This document shows positions 12,530-25,700 of a DNA stretch of 64,000 bases, in pieces; within the stretch, counting starts at the first letter, position 1; each line of letters starts with the position of its first letter. The translations under genes were made by a program, and so were the position numbers. The DNA is from Rotaria socialis (lineage: Eukaryota). The DNA is taken from the NCBI GenBank assembly GCA_905331295.1, contig CAJNYD010000052.1:1-64000 (forward strand). The letters run 5' to 3'. The notes below the pieces were generated by a model. The model made no database searches and was not told the origin of the DNA. It saw nothing but the letters and a program-made list of their open reading frames with translations.

Positions 12530-13619
12530 CTTTTGATTCTATGAGAAAAAGAATGAAAGTTTTTACGAAAAGATACTGTATTTAACGTTGTAATCGCTCT
12601 TGTAAGAAGCTATGCCGTTTTGCCACGTGTTGTATCTAAGGACAAACAGAAATGCAAATATCTTAAAAGTTAAGAGCAACCATCTATGAGATGGCAAGCG
12701 AGGACAGTATCGAAACTTATAAAAAAAATTACTATTGATACAAATATCAGGCAGCGTTTTGATAATGGATCTTTTTTCCTTTCTTTTTTTCTGTATTATC
12801 ATGTGCGGCTTCGATTCTCTTCTTTCTATTTTCTCTCGCTACTTGTTTTATACGTAGAGTTTTGTTTAGCCTATTTCTGCTTGCTTTATGTCTTGTCTAT
12901 ATTTCTATAGAGCACATAAAGCTTCTTTAATTGAGAAAAGCGAAAGAAAAACAACTTGACTTTTGTCAGATGCAAAACAAACACCTCGATATCATACGAA
13001 TTTCTGAATCAAAATGACTAATATTTTCAAGTATTCGACAAATATCTCCTCGGTGGCACAAATGATTATTTGAAGCAGAAAAATGCCTACAGAATTCAGC
13101 CACAATAAACATATTGAATCAATAAAGACTAAGAAAATCATCTTCCTTACAGTAACAAGTCACGCAGCACCAGAAACAGGTCCAACGAAAATGCTCTCGA
13201 AAAATGAAAAACCTTTGATACAATGAATGAAAAAATCTTTCGAGCGTACCACAACATATTCACCCATATTGGATAGTAGAAAGAAGAAACGTAATTTTTG
13301 GAGCTGCAAAGTTTGAAATAAATGGATGCGATGATTTTTCAGGTTGATTCAACTAATTTTTTCTTTAATTTCTTTTAGTAACATTAACAAAACGTTTTTT
13401 GCATGGAGAAATGTTATCGAATGAGAATGATGTAAATAAACAGTTATTGGTGTGTAGAAATGATTAAAAATTTTGCTACAGAAGTATTTATCGCTGCATT
13501 CTGGAGAATATTGCGATGCTTGTATTGCAGTCTATTTGAAATAATGAGATAATAGATTCTATTGTGTATCATCTATTGTGGCAAGAAAACTTGTTAGCGC
13601 AGCCCCTTTGGGGCTAAAA

Positions 13620-13928
13620 TGTGGAACTCACATATATCCCTTCGGCTTACTAAAATAATTCAAAATAGTTCATCTAAAAAATCTACCCTGATTTCCAAAA
13701 CCTATAATTAGGTCATTGCCTATTTGCTTATGTCTGTAGTCGGCAAACATTGCTTTCTTCGTGTAGTTTGTAATTAAACAAAGGAAGAAATAGCAGTCTA
13801 ATTAATCAAGCTCCTAATTAGCACAACTTTAAACTCATTAAGGTCTGTAATGGGGGAGGGGAGCCGCAAAAATCTCGCTTTTAAATTTACACTCACCATT
13901 TTCTTCGAAAATATATGTGAGTTCCACA
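13620..13928. mobile_element. Putative MITE relic bounded by an 18-bp perfect inverted repeat
   Basis: TGTGGAACTCACATATAT at 13620..13637 and ATATATGTGAGTTCCACA at 13911..13928. No convincing TSD. Confidence 0.5.
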
Positions 13929-15006
13929 AAAGCGATCCTGGAGGTGTGGACGTGGTCGTGCGTACGGTTGATTAGGGGATTGACATCCGCACCCCTAAAT
14001 TGAAAATTCCAAGTTCATACACAGTCAGAACGCTCAAAGCTTCTACTGGAATTAGAAATGTATTTGATTAAGTGAACGAGTATTCTTTGACCACTGTCTG
14101 AAGCATTCAGCAGCGTTTCATTCGATCAGTGCGTTCTCTAAAAATATTTTCTTGGGAAAAAAATGTAAAAGTAAAATCATACAGTCGAAAACTTTGGGGC
14201 TATTCAAATGACAACGGTAACAACGTGCATTAAAACTACCAGAAATCAGCTATGATCATGACCCAACTACTTGTAAGTCATGCAAACACCAAAGCAACGT
14301 ATATTTTTGCAAAAATACTAACTAAGCTGAAGACATTCTAATCATCAGGCAAAGTAAACACAGACGATGATACGCAAACGCATGGAAAGCATCCTATTAC
14401 ATTGAAAACAAAACAAGTTTCCACTGGTTGTAATAGTATAACCTCTGAAATATGTATTTTTTGTAGTCTTTGAACAATTCGAATTAATGAAAAGTTCAAC
14501 ATAAGCATCTGTTCAAACACTTGATTACATCAAAATTGTCTCGATACAATCTCACACCCACACCCCGTTATTCATTAGAATGAAAAGTATAATATAACAA
14601 GAAATTAAGAGCTTATCGAAGACTGCTGTGAGACTCCCAATAAGGCTTTATCCTCCATGTATCACGTAGGCTAAATTGTAATATATCTTTGGGGAAAATA
14701 TATTTGTCTACAGGTAATGAAAGTTCACTTTGAAACGGCTTACCCGTACTTGCTGGACATAATCAGGATGAACTAAGGTTTGTGGACGGCAACAGATTAA
14801 GTGTGTATTAATAAAGATGGTAACTGTCGATGAAAATAATAAACAATAACTGAACTGGTTAAAGAGAGAGAGAGAGGAACACAAGGCGGCCAATGACCGA
14901 CAGATCAAAGAGAAAACATCAAAGAGGATTAATATGATGTAATTGATATATCATAGTGACAAGTTAAGTGCCAATGAGTACCATCTATTAATGCTAACAA
15001 CTACGA

Positions 15007-18000
15007 TCATGCCGCTAATTGGATTTCAAACTTTTGAACTCTGTGATTCCCATGATCAGCCACATAAAGGTTGCCGTGTCGGTCGAACGATAAACCGATT
15101 GGTCCAAAGAGTTGATTTTGTAGAGATCCCGCACTACTTTCACCAACAAGAATCTGTCCTTCTGTTGCTCCTTTTGGCCAACGCACTATTCGATTATTGC
15201 CTCTCTCAGCAACATACAGAGTTCCTAATTGATCAACTATAATTCCTTCAGGAAGATTCAATTGAGAAAGTGAACTTCCTCTGCCACGACCGCCAGCCAC
15301 TACTATTCCTTCTCTTGCTCCTTTTACCCATTTCATCACACGATCATTCACCATTTCTGAAACATACACTGAATGATCACGATCAACAAAGACTTTTCGG
15401 GGATCATTGAGTTGGTCAAGTCGATTTCCTATCCCGTTTCCACCTGCCACCACTATTCCCTGAGTTTCTCCGACTTGCCACCGTCTCACCTCTTGCTTTT
15501 CAACGTCGCTGACATATAGAAACCCTTGCTCGTCCATTGTCAATCCCTTGCATGTTACTCCAGAAATGATTGTTTCCCCATTATTTGCATTTCGCAGAAA
15601 CCATCGTACAATACGTTTGTTTCCCCGGTCGCAAATGAAAAGACTGTCTCTTGCTTTATCAAGAATCACATCACTTGGATATTTCAGTTGACCATTTCCA
15701 CCAGCTGCAATTCGACCGGAAGCCGCTCCAATTTTTCCGTTCAACAATACGATGATTGCTCCATTCCGCTATGTAAAGTGTTTGATCGTTATCAAGAAAC
15801 AAACCATGTGGAACATTGAGTTGATTGGTTCCAGTGCCTGGTCCATTTCCACCAGCTACAGTAACACCATTCCTTTTCCAAGTCGAATTGAAATTAATGT
15901 GAGCCGAACAGAGAGGAGCTGAAATGATGTAAATATTTTTTAAACATTTAGAGACAAACGTAAAATACGATTAGAAAAGAAATGAAAAACTTTCTTGAAA
16001 TATACAATACTAAAAAATGACTTGATTACAAAATCTTGTTAGTGTAGCCTAATTGTGACGGAAACGTGAAGTTCACATCTTTTTTTCGGTTTTCTTATAC
16101 TTATATAAAATACACGGTGTTATGTTGCTGTCTTTTTTTATTTGTACATTTCAAAAAGCAATTTTCCTTTCTATTTCGCAAGTACTTTTAAGAATCGTTT
16201 TTAGGTCTAACACTGAACTCATTCGATAGAAAATCAATTTCTCGACAAACTTGTTCACAGTATTTGTCAAGTTAGCCTTTCTTTTTCGTAAGAAACTTTA
16301 AAGGTTAACCGATATTCATTAGTAGACCTGTGAAGGCTAAAAGCGTGAAAAAAATTCTGCTGAAAATTCAGGTGTGGTTCAAAAGTTAACACCGAATTCT
16401 GCACATTTTGATCAGTTTTTCTGGTAGATCTATAGCTTAACTCTTCTAGTTGTTATGCGCACTATTTTTCTCAGAATTAAGCTGTATAGCTGATTCTCAC
16501 GAATAAGATTATCAAATGCCTTCAAAATATAGAGCAGTAACTTCTCTAGCTAATCATAGTACGAACTTATGTTTGAATATCGACTTTTGTGAACTCCAGA
16601 TTAAACATATTAATTTACATCCAAATATATTTAGAGTTTGCAGATCGCCGATCGAGTAAGGGTTAATATTTGAGGTTTCGGACCAACGCAAAAGATGAAT
16701 GTAAAACATACTTTGAACAGTTTTATTATATATAATTTCATATTTGTCAAAAGTTTTACTTCCACATAGAAGACGACTCTTTTTCTCCTCATTTTTGAAG
16801 ATCTTGTAAAGAGGAACTCAATATCTTAGTTATATTGAGAATCATTTTGAACTTTATATCGACAGGTAAAATCGACATAGTAAAATTAGCGGCGAACACT
16901 AAAAACAACTTGCTCGAATAAATAATCCTATCTATTACTGTCCAACTAAATCTATATGTGCAGAGAACACGAACTAGGCAATACTCTATTGGTATCACTA
17001 ACCCAACGTACTCTCAAAATAGGATATGGAATACTTAAGGACTTATACAGTGAACTAATAATTGTCTGAGCACCTGAAATGCATGGTTGTAAACGTGAAT
17101 CAACTAGTCGAGCTGATTCTGCTTGAATGAAATCGAAATTTGTCTGTCGATACCGCATGATCGTGATTAAGTTTTGTTTTACCGCATTATTGGTGATAAA
17201 GTCATACCAAGGAACCATCTCCAGAATCTGTAGGAGAGCAGGTCCGACAGCCAACGTTCTTTTCCATTCGTTTCCGTCGGCAATTTCCACATTACCGCCA
17301 AGAAGGCGTTTTGAAATCACGCGGATTTGAGTTGTATAGTAGGTACAATTAGAACTAATTGCACCCCGGTCACCAAATGGTATACAATGAGCGAAACTAG
17401 CATCATCATAAACGCGAGAGCATCGGGGTACTTTAGCTCGCTCTTCGATCATGCCACCCACAAGTGATCTAGTTATAACATGGGTTCCACAAGTGTTGAT
17501 AAAATCCTCGTAGAGGTCTGAATCGAACGTTGTTGTTAGCTGTGAAAGGGCGTGACGTGCAAATTCATTAAGCTGAACAGCTGAGGCATTTATTGTTAGT
17601 GTGTATAGGCCAATCACACGTTGAGACAGCGCCAAAGCTTCTTCACGGTTAAAGTAACTAAGAAAACATAAACTTTTTGGTGCCAAATATTAAGAATACT
17701 ATTTTAAATTCATCCAAACACCACACATCATAATCGAGGAGTGTGAATGTGTCTCTGATTTCATAGTTAGCCCACATTCTCACTCGCACCTTCGTCAAGA
17801 TAGTAACCCTAGTTATCAGAAAACAATTCAACTTGCTCTATTGACTTATTACAAAAAGTGTATGGTTTTGCCTGAATACCCTGAAGTGCCCACAATCGTC
17901 TCCTTTAGGAATCCAACAAGTAAATAATTATTATAGATTTGAAGCACGTTGGAAAGCATGCTGTTTCAAAGGGTTTTATTCAGATAACATTAACATCGGC

Positions 18001-18970
18001 TGCTCAATGATTTCTAACTATTTGAGTACAAGTCTGTAAACTTTGATGAATGAGATACTTGTGATTGAAAGATCACTTTTGTTTCATTGAGTTCGTTAAC
18101 ATACAGTGCTACTTGTTCTATGAAACAACCAGAACGGTGATTCCAACGAAAAATACATATTTCGAACCGGATATGAGAAAGATCCGAGACTATTTTCTTA
18201 CTTAGTATTTCACTAGTCGTGACAATTTTCGTTCCTATGCCACTAATAATCATTCAACAGGTTACAAATCAATTGTGCATCATTACTCCCAGACGCACTT
18301 ATTGATTCACAACTCAAGCATTGGCGGTTCTATCAGCGTCCGATATAGTGCACAGTAGTGAAAATATGATATGAATTACTAATAAAAGAACAGTCTATCT
18401 TTACAAAGCGAAAATAAGACGCCAGTTGAGTACACTAAAAGAAAACACTCACTTCTCATAATATTCAAACATTTCAGGTCGGCGGGCTAATTCTCCACCA
18501 CGAAGTTTCCCATCGGCAAATGTTTATCGCCATGCTGCATTCAATTGTGAAGCATTGTGAAAAATATGAACACGAGCAGTATCGGTAGCGGCTGCTACTC
18601 GGTTAGCTGGTCCCAATGTGGCCTCATTAAATAAATCGAAAATTGCACTTGTATGACCATCAGTCCAAGTACGACTCCCTATAGGTGGATATGTTAATTG
18701 TACTGCTGGAGCCATGAGTCGACCAGTACTTCTATCAACACTAATACCGACACCACGTGGTAATTTCATAAAGTCCGACTCAAAGTTTCGACCAGAAGTA
18801 CGTGTAGAACTGCCATCAAAGCATCTCATTCCTGTAGTACCAACAAACGGACAAAGAGCAGCTCGTGCTTCTTCAGTGAATTGAAAAACTGATGTGACAT
18901 TTGGAGATACAAACACATGTTGCACACAGAATAATAGCATATTAAAAATTAAATGTACTGGTCGCTGCAT
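15007..18970 (-). pseudogene. Signal peptide + MACPF (perforin-like) domain + six NHL repeats; predicted exons 18970..18453, 17657..17074 and 15918..15007; disabled
   Basis: MACPF-like signature FINTCGTHVITRSLVGG and six NHL blades. Splice phases are compatible (AA|T, G|CT). In-frame TAA at 18524..18526 and a +1 frameshift in the A-run at about 15732..15736. The exon 2 donor (GTGCTC) is weak. Confidence 0.7.
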
Positions 18971-19729
18971 CTAACAAAAAAGATATGGTGAAAAAAATGG
19001 GTTATTGTCAATTCAGATAATCCATTCAGTTGCACAACCATAGAAAATATTTTACAAGGGGGAGAAACTGCAACTGAAGATACTACAGAGTGGGTGTGGA
19101 TTTAAATCTTCTGACTGACCACACGCGCCTTAATTCAAAACCTACCATAATAACTGTATCAATGTTCAAGTTTAATTGTCGGTTTATATAAGGCAATAAA
19201 ATTGCAAATTGTAACCAAATCAGTACTGCATATTTCGCATGGATGAAAATACGTATCAAACTTCGGATTAAAGATTGAAATTTACTGCCCACTACTTTTC
19301 TTTCTTTATCATGCAAATTGGTGGCCAATAACCTAAGTATTACCATAAATTCAGAATATTTAAAAAACGGCAATCATTACATCAAAAATTATTCAAGGAT
19401 AATTAGATACACAACTTAATCGATTCATTCCGCCAAAATTGTCGCTGATTTGCCTTTCTATTCATAGAACAGTGCAAGTTATGCAAAGTTCTAAATGGAA
19501 AACTATCTATGATTAAAAGCTCAATCGTTTCAATAGATGTCACTAGTCTATGTCATATTATTGTTTACCAGCAAATGAATCGATCTCGACCTCTCCAATG
19601 AAGTTTTACTGTCTTTGTTAATTTCATTTGTGTACTTAGTGTGTATTATTTCGTCACAATTCTTACTTAATTTTTAGTGTGAATTAACTACATTGCTTAG
19701 ATTCTTTTTCCAGATTTATACAGTGTACG

Positions 19730-22700
19730 ATGGCCGATGAAACTGCTCGCCGTACGCAATATGAATACAAAGCTGTAAGTAGAATAAATTCAATTGAATT
19801 AAAAAAAACAGTAATTTCGTCTTCTTTTTAAATAGAATTCCAATTTGGTCTTACAAGCAGATCGATCTATTATTGATCGACGTGGACGTAACGAAGCGAC
19901 CGGTGAAGTACTTTCTCTTACGAGTCATTTAAAAGGAACTAAAATGGGTGATCGAGCTCAACGTACTCGGCCAGAACGTAGTAATAAGTTCGTAGTATTT
20001 CTCGATATATATATATTTTCTCTCATAAGTATTTTTTTTCTTGTTTTTAATAGAAAACAAAAAAAAGAAGAAGATCATGCATCAAAATATGATATAGGAC
20101 GATTTAAAGGTCAAACTCTACTTGGCGACTCGGCTGATGATGCATCTACTATACTATATCGACCAAAAACTCAAGAAACTAAACAAACTTACGAAGTTTT
20201 ACTTGGTTTTATTCAAGAAGCCATTGGTGATCAAGCGCGAAGTATTTTATGCGGTGCAGCTGATGAAGTTTTGATTGTACTTAAAAATGATAAATTACGT
20301 GATAAGGATCGTAAAAGTGAAATTGAAACATTATTAAGTACGAAAATTCCTGATCAACGTTTTGCATTTGTTGTAAATCTCGGAAAAAAAATTACTGATT
20401 GGACAACGGATGATAAAAACGGAAAAGAAGGTAAATTATCCGAAATGTTTTCTCGATATAAATCTAAGACTCTATTTTTTTTTTAGATGAAGAAATCGAT
20501 GAGACCTACGGTGTCAATGTTGAATTTGAAGATTCTGGCGATGAAGATGAAGGCGATGAGAATGAAGTACACGAAGATGAAGATGGTGATTTGTCAGAAG
20601 GTGAAGAAGCAAAAATGGATTATACAATTCAAGAAAAAAATCTCAATAAAGCGGTAAATCATTTTTTGCTCTTCATACACAAAAGCTTTAAACAGCGTTT
20701 TGATAGTGCCAATCCACGAATAGGAATAGTGAGACAACAAAATTATGAGACGGAATTTAAAAAGACTTAAATTCATTTCGGACTAGTCAAAATTTATTAA
20801 AATTAATGCGATGTACGCGCCCGAAACTCTTCTCATTCGGAGAAGCATATATATTTGATTCTAGAGGGAAAAAAATCGTTTGTATTTATTACAATTGCAT
20901 TCAAAGCTCTCTAATTAGCCATCGCCATTTTCAATGTATTTTTTTTTATTTCGAAGATTAGCTTTTCATCTATGCTCATATTTTCTTTAGTCTGCAAATG
21001 ATAATTTTACTCGTCCGAGTAAGGCTTTGCAACCACATTCAATTGATGCTTTCTGGCTACAACGAAACTTGAGTAAAGTTTATCCTGAAGCAACAGATGC
21101 AAAATTAAAAGCACAAGAGCTTCTTGAAATTCTCAAAACGGCATCTGATGATAGAGAATTAGAAAATCAACTTGTAACTTTACTTGGCTACGATCAATTT
21201 GATTTTATTAAAACTTTACGAACACATCGTCACATGAGTATGTTCTTTTTTCTTATCAAACAATTCGATCATAATTTATTTTATTTTCGTTTATAGTTCT
21301 TTATTGTACTTTACTTGCTTCATCACAAATCGCGTCTGAAAAAGAAAAAATTGAAGAAAAAATGAGAAACGATCCAGAACTAGTTTGGATTCTACAAGCT
21401 TTATCAGAAACTGATCGAAGTGATAATGTACTAGTAAGTTTTTCTTGTTGCTACTAATTTCTACGATAATGAAATTTTACTAACTAGGATGATCATCAAC
21501 ATCGCGCTTCATCAAAAAAACGTCGTGCTGAAGATGGAGACAATGATGCAATGGACACAGAAAATGGAACTACTGAAGTGAATTCAATTTTTTGAAATAA
21601 ACTATATTTGAATGAGAATCATACTTTGTTTTTAGTCGACAAGTAATGCACAGCACGTTGTCAATTTGGAAGATCTTGCATTTGCTCAAGGAAGTCATTA
21701 TATGGCGAATAAAAGTTGTCGATTACCAGATGGTTCATATCGATTACAAAAGAAAGGTTATGAAGAAGTACACGTGCCTGCTCTTAAACCATCAGCACTT
21801 GATCCAGGAGAGGTAAATTTCAAAGAGAGTCTTTCTATATGCCGATATGAATACATTGTAGGTTCTGTATCCGATTGGTAATTTACCAAAATATGCTCAA
21901 CCAGCATTTGAAGGTTATAAAGTGTTGAATCGTATTCAATCACGTATGGTTAAAGCCTCCTTAGAATCTGATGAAAATATTTTACTCTGTGCACCAACTG
22001 TAAGTTAAGAAATTTTTATGAAAAATTTTGAATTTATTTTCTTTCAGGGTGCTGGTAAAACTAATGTCGCTTTACTTTGTATATTACGTGAAATCGGTAA
22101 ACATGTGATGTCCGATGGTACGATTAATGTTGACGAATTCAAAATGATTTATATCGCACCAATGAGATCACTCGTACAAGAAGTTGTCGGCAATTTCACT
22201 AAACGTTTAAATCCATTTGGATTAAAAGTAGCTGAATTAACTGGTGATCATCAATTATCACGAGAACAAATCAATGAAACACAATTAATTGTTTGTACAC
22301 CAGAAAAATGGGATATTATCACACGTAAAGGTGGCGAACGTTCCTATACACAACTAGTTCGTTTAATTATTCTTGATGAAGTACATTTATTACACGATGA
22401 TCGTGGTCCTGTACTCGAAGCTGTTATTGCACGAACAATACGTACAATTGAAACAACGCAAGACGCTGTTCGTTTCGTTGGTTTGAGTGCAACATTACCT
22501 AATTATGAAGATATAGCTACATTCCTCAATGTTAAACGTGAAGGCTTATTTCATTTTGATAATAGTTATCGACCTGTACCACTTGAACAACAGTATATTG
22601 GTATAACTGAGAAAAAAGCTATTAAACGCTTTCAAATTATGAATGAACTTGTTTATGATAAAGTGTTGGAACATGCAGGAAAAAATCAAGTAAGTGTCAT

Positions 22701-25700
22701 TGTTTTTCTTTTTGATCATTAATTTTTGAAATTTTTCATAGGTATTGATTTTTGTACATTCAAGAAAAGAAACTGGTAAAACAGCACGAGCCGTACGTGA
22801 CGCTTGTTTAGAAAAAGACACAATTGGCGCATTTCTCAAGGAAGGTTCAGCTTCACAGGAAATTCTTCGTACTGAAGCTGAACAAACGAAAAATTTGGAA
22901 TTAAAAGATTTATTTCCATATTCATTTGCTATACATCATGCTGGTATGAACCGAGCTGATCGTACTTTAGTTGAAGATCTTTTTGCTGAACGACATATTC
23001 AAGTACTTGTATCAACAGCTACACTTGCTTGGGGTGTCAATTTACCGGCGCATACGGTTATAATCAAAGGCACTCAAGTTTATAATCCAGAAAAAGGTCG
23101 TTGGACAGAATTAGGTGCTCTCGATGTTATGCAGGTAAGAGAACAGTTCATGTTTTTTTATTTTTCAAAATTAGAAAAAATTCTTTTTCTAGATGCTTGG
23201 TCGAGCTGGTCGCCCACAATATGATACTCGTGGTCAAGGTATTTTAATTACTAGTCATAGTGAACTGCAATATTATTTGTCATTAATGAATCAACAAGTA
23301 AGTCAAATCGATGATGAGGAAAAGAAAATTATTTTTGATAACATTCTTTTGTTTATTTTAGCTTCCAATTGAAAGTCAAATGGTTTCAAAATTAGTCGAT
23401 AATCTCAATGCTGAAATCGTTCTTGGTACTGTTCAAAATATTCGTGAAGCCGCCGAATGGCTTAGTTATACTTATTTATATGTTCGTATGATAAAAGAAC
23501 CTCAATTATATGGTGTATCAAACGAATCGTTACTTGTTGACAAATATCTTTTTCAACGACGTCTAGATTTAATTCATTCAGCAGCTATACAATTAGATAA
23601 ATGCCATTTAATACGTTACGATCGTAAGACGGGCAATTTTCAAGGAACTGAGCATGGTCGCATAGCAAGTCATTATTATTGTACACATGAAACTATTGCC
23701 ATGTATAATCAATTATTGAAACCAACATTAAGTGAAATAGATTTATTCCGTATATTTTCTTTGTCATCAGAATTTCGTCATATCACCGTTCGAGAAGAAG
23801 AAAAAATTGAATTACAAAAATTACTCGAACGTGTTCCAATACCTGTTAAAGAAAGTATTGATGAGCCCAGTGCGAAAATTAATGTTCTTTTACAAGCATA
23901 CATATCACAATTGAAACTTGACGGTTTTGCGTTAATGGCTGATATGGTTTATGTAACGCAGAGTGCAGGTCGATTAATGAGAGCCATTTATGAAATGGTT
24001 CTGCAACGTGGATGGGCACAATTAGTCGAGAAAACTTTAGGTTTATCGAAAATGATTGATAAACGAATGTAAGAGACGAAGAAAAAACAGTTGATTTGAT
24101 TTTTCTAATTTTTTCTTTCTTTAGGTGGCAAAGTATGTGTCCGTTGAGACAATTTAAAAAGATTCCAGAAGAAATCATTCGAAAAATTGAAAAGAAAAAT
24201 ATTACTTGGGATAGATTTTACGATTTAGACGCACATGAAATTGGTAAGAATAAACTTTGTTATTCTGTTCACTATGAAATTCTTTGTTTTCTTTTTATCT
24301 CAGGTGAATTGGTTCGTGCACCGAAAGTTGGCAAAACAATTTATAAATATATTCATCATGTACCAAAATTAGAATTATCTGTACATGTCTTGCCTATAAC
24401 GCGATCGACATTAAAAGTTGAATTAACAATAACACCTGATTTTCAATGGGACGATAAAATCCATGGAATGGCTGAAGTAAGTTTAGATTTGTTGAATAAA
24501 AAAAAAAAAGAATTCGTTTGTGTTCTTTTTTCAGCCATTCTGGATTTTAGTTGAAGATGTGGATTCGGAAATTTTACTTCATCATGAATATTTTCTTCTT
24601 AAAAAGTAAGTTTTCAAACGATAGAATGACTGTCCGAGCTTCTTAACTATCTGAGATTTGAATGGATAAAAAACACTTTCTTGATTTTATCGAGCGAATT
24701 ATATAATTGTTGCTTATTAATTTTAGAAAATATTGTGAAGACGAACATTACGTGAAATTCTTTGTTCCTGTATTTGAAACATTACCACCACAATATTTTA
24801 TTCGCGTTATATCCGATAAATGGATTGCATCTGAAACTCAAGTTGCTGTTTCATTTCGTCATTTAATTTTACCAGAAAAACACCCAGCACCGACTGAACT
24901 TCTCGATCTACAACCGTTACCTGTCAATGCATTGAGAAATGCAAAATATGAAGATTTATATAATTTTAAATATTTTAATGGAATTCAAACTCAAGGTAAA
25001 AAATAAAAATTTCTTTCCTATTTCGTTTTTCGCATATGTGTTTCGTTTCAGTTTTTAATACATTATACAATACGGATGATAATGTATTTTTGGGTGCATC
25101 AACAGGTTGTGGAAAAACAATTTGTGCTGAATTTGCCATATTAAGATTATTTTCCAATGAAAAATTAAAGGAAGTACCAGAACCGAAATGTGTTTATGTT
25201 ACACCAAAAGAAGAATTAGCTGAAATTGTTCGACAAGATTGGGATCGACGTTTTGCAACTGTTGACAGAAAAGTTGTTATGCTTACTGGTGAAACTGCTA
25301 CAGATCTTAAATTAATTGCTAAAGTAAATTTTCGAAAATGAATAAAATTTTTGAATAGTTGCGTTTTCTCTCTCTCTCTAGGGTCACATTATCATTTCTA
25401 CGCCAGAAAAATGGGATATTTTATCACGTCGATGGAAACAACGAAAAAATGTTCAAAATGTTAATTTATTTATTGTTGATGATTTACATGTGATTGGTTC
25501 CGATGAAGGGGTAAGTTAAAGAAAAGGACAATGCTATTGAGTACTCTTATAAAAGACGTTCGATGAATAGTTTGATACAGAGATCTTTTACTATTGTGTT
25601 TTTTCGTTTTAGCCTGTTCTTGAAGTCATTTGTTCTCGTATGCGTTATATGAGTTCTCAAATTGGTCGTAACGTTCGTATTGTATCTATGGCTACATCGA

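Noticed and set aside
16430..16670. Possible piggyBac end (AGGG-TTAA at about 16659..16666)
   Set aside because: No convincing matching TTAA-CCCT left terminus nearby.
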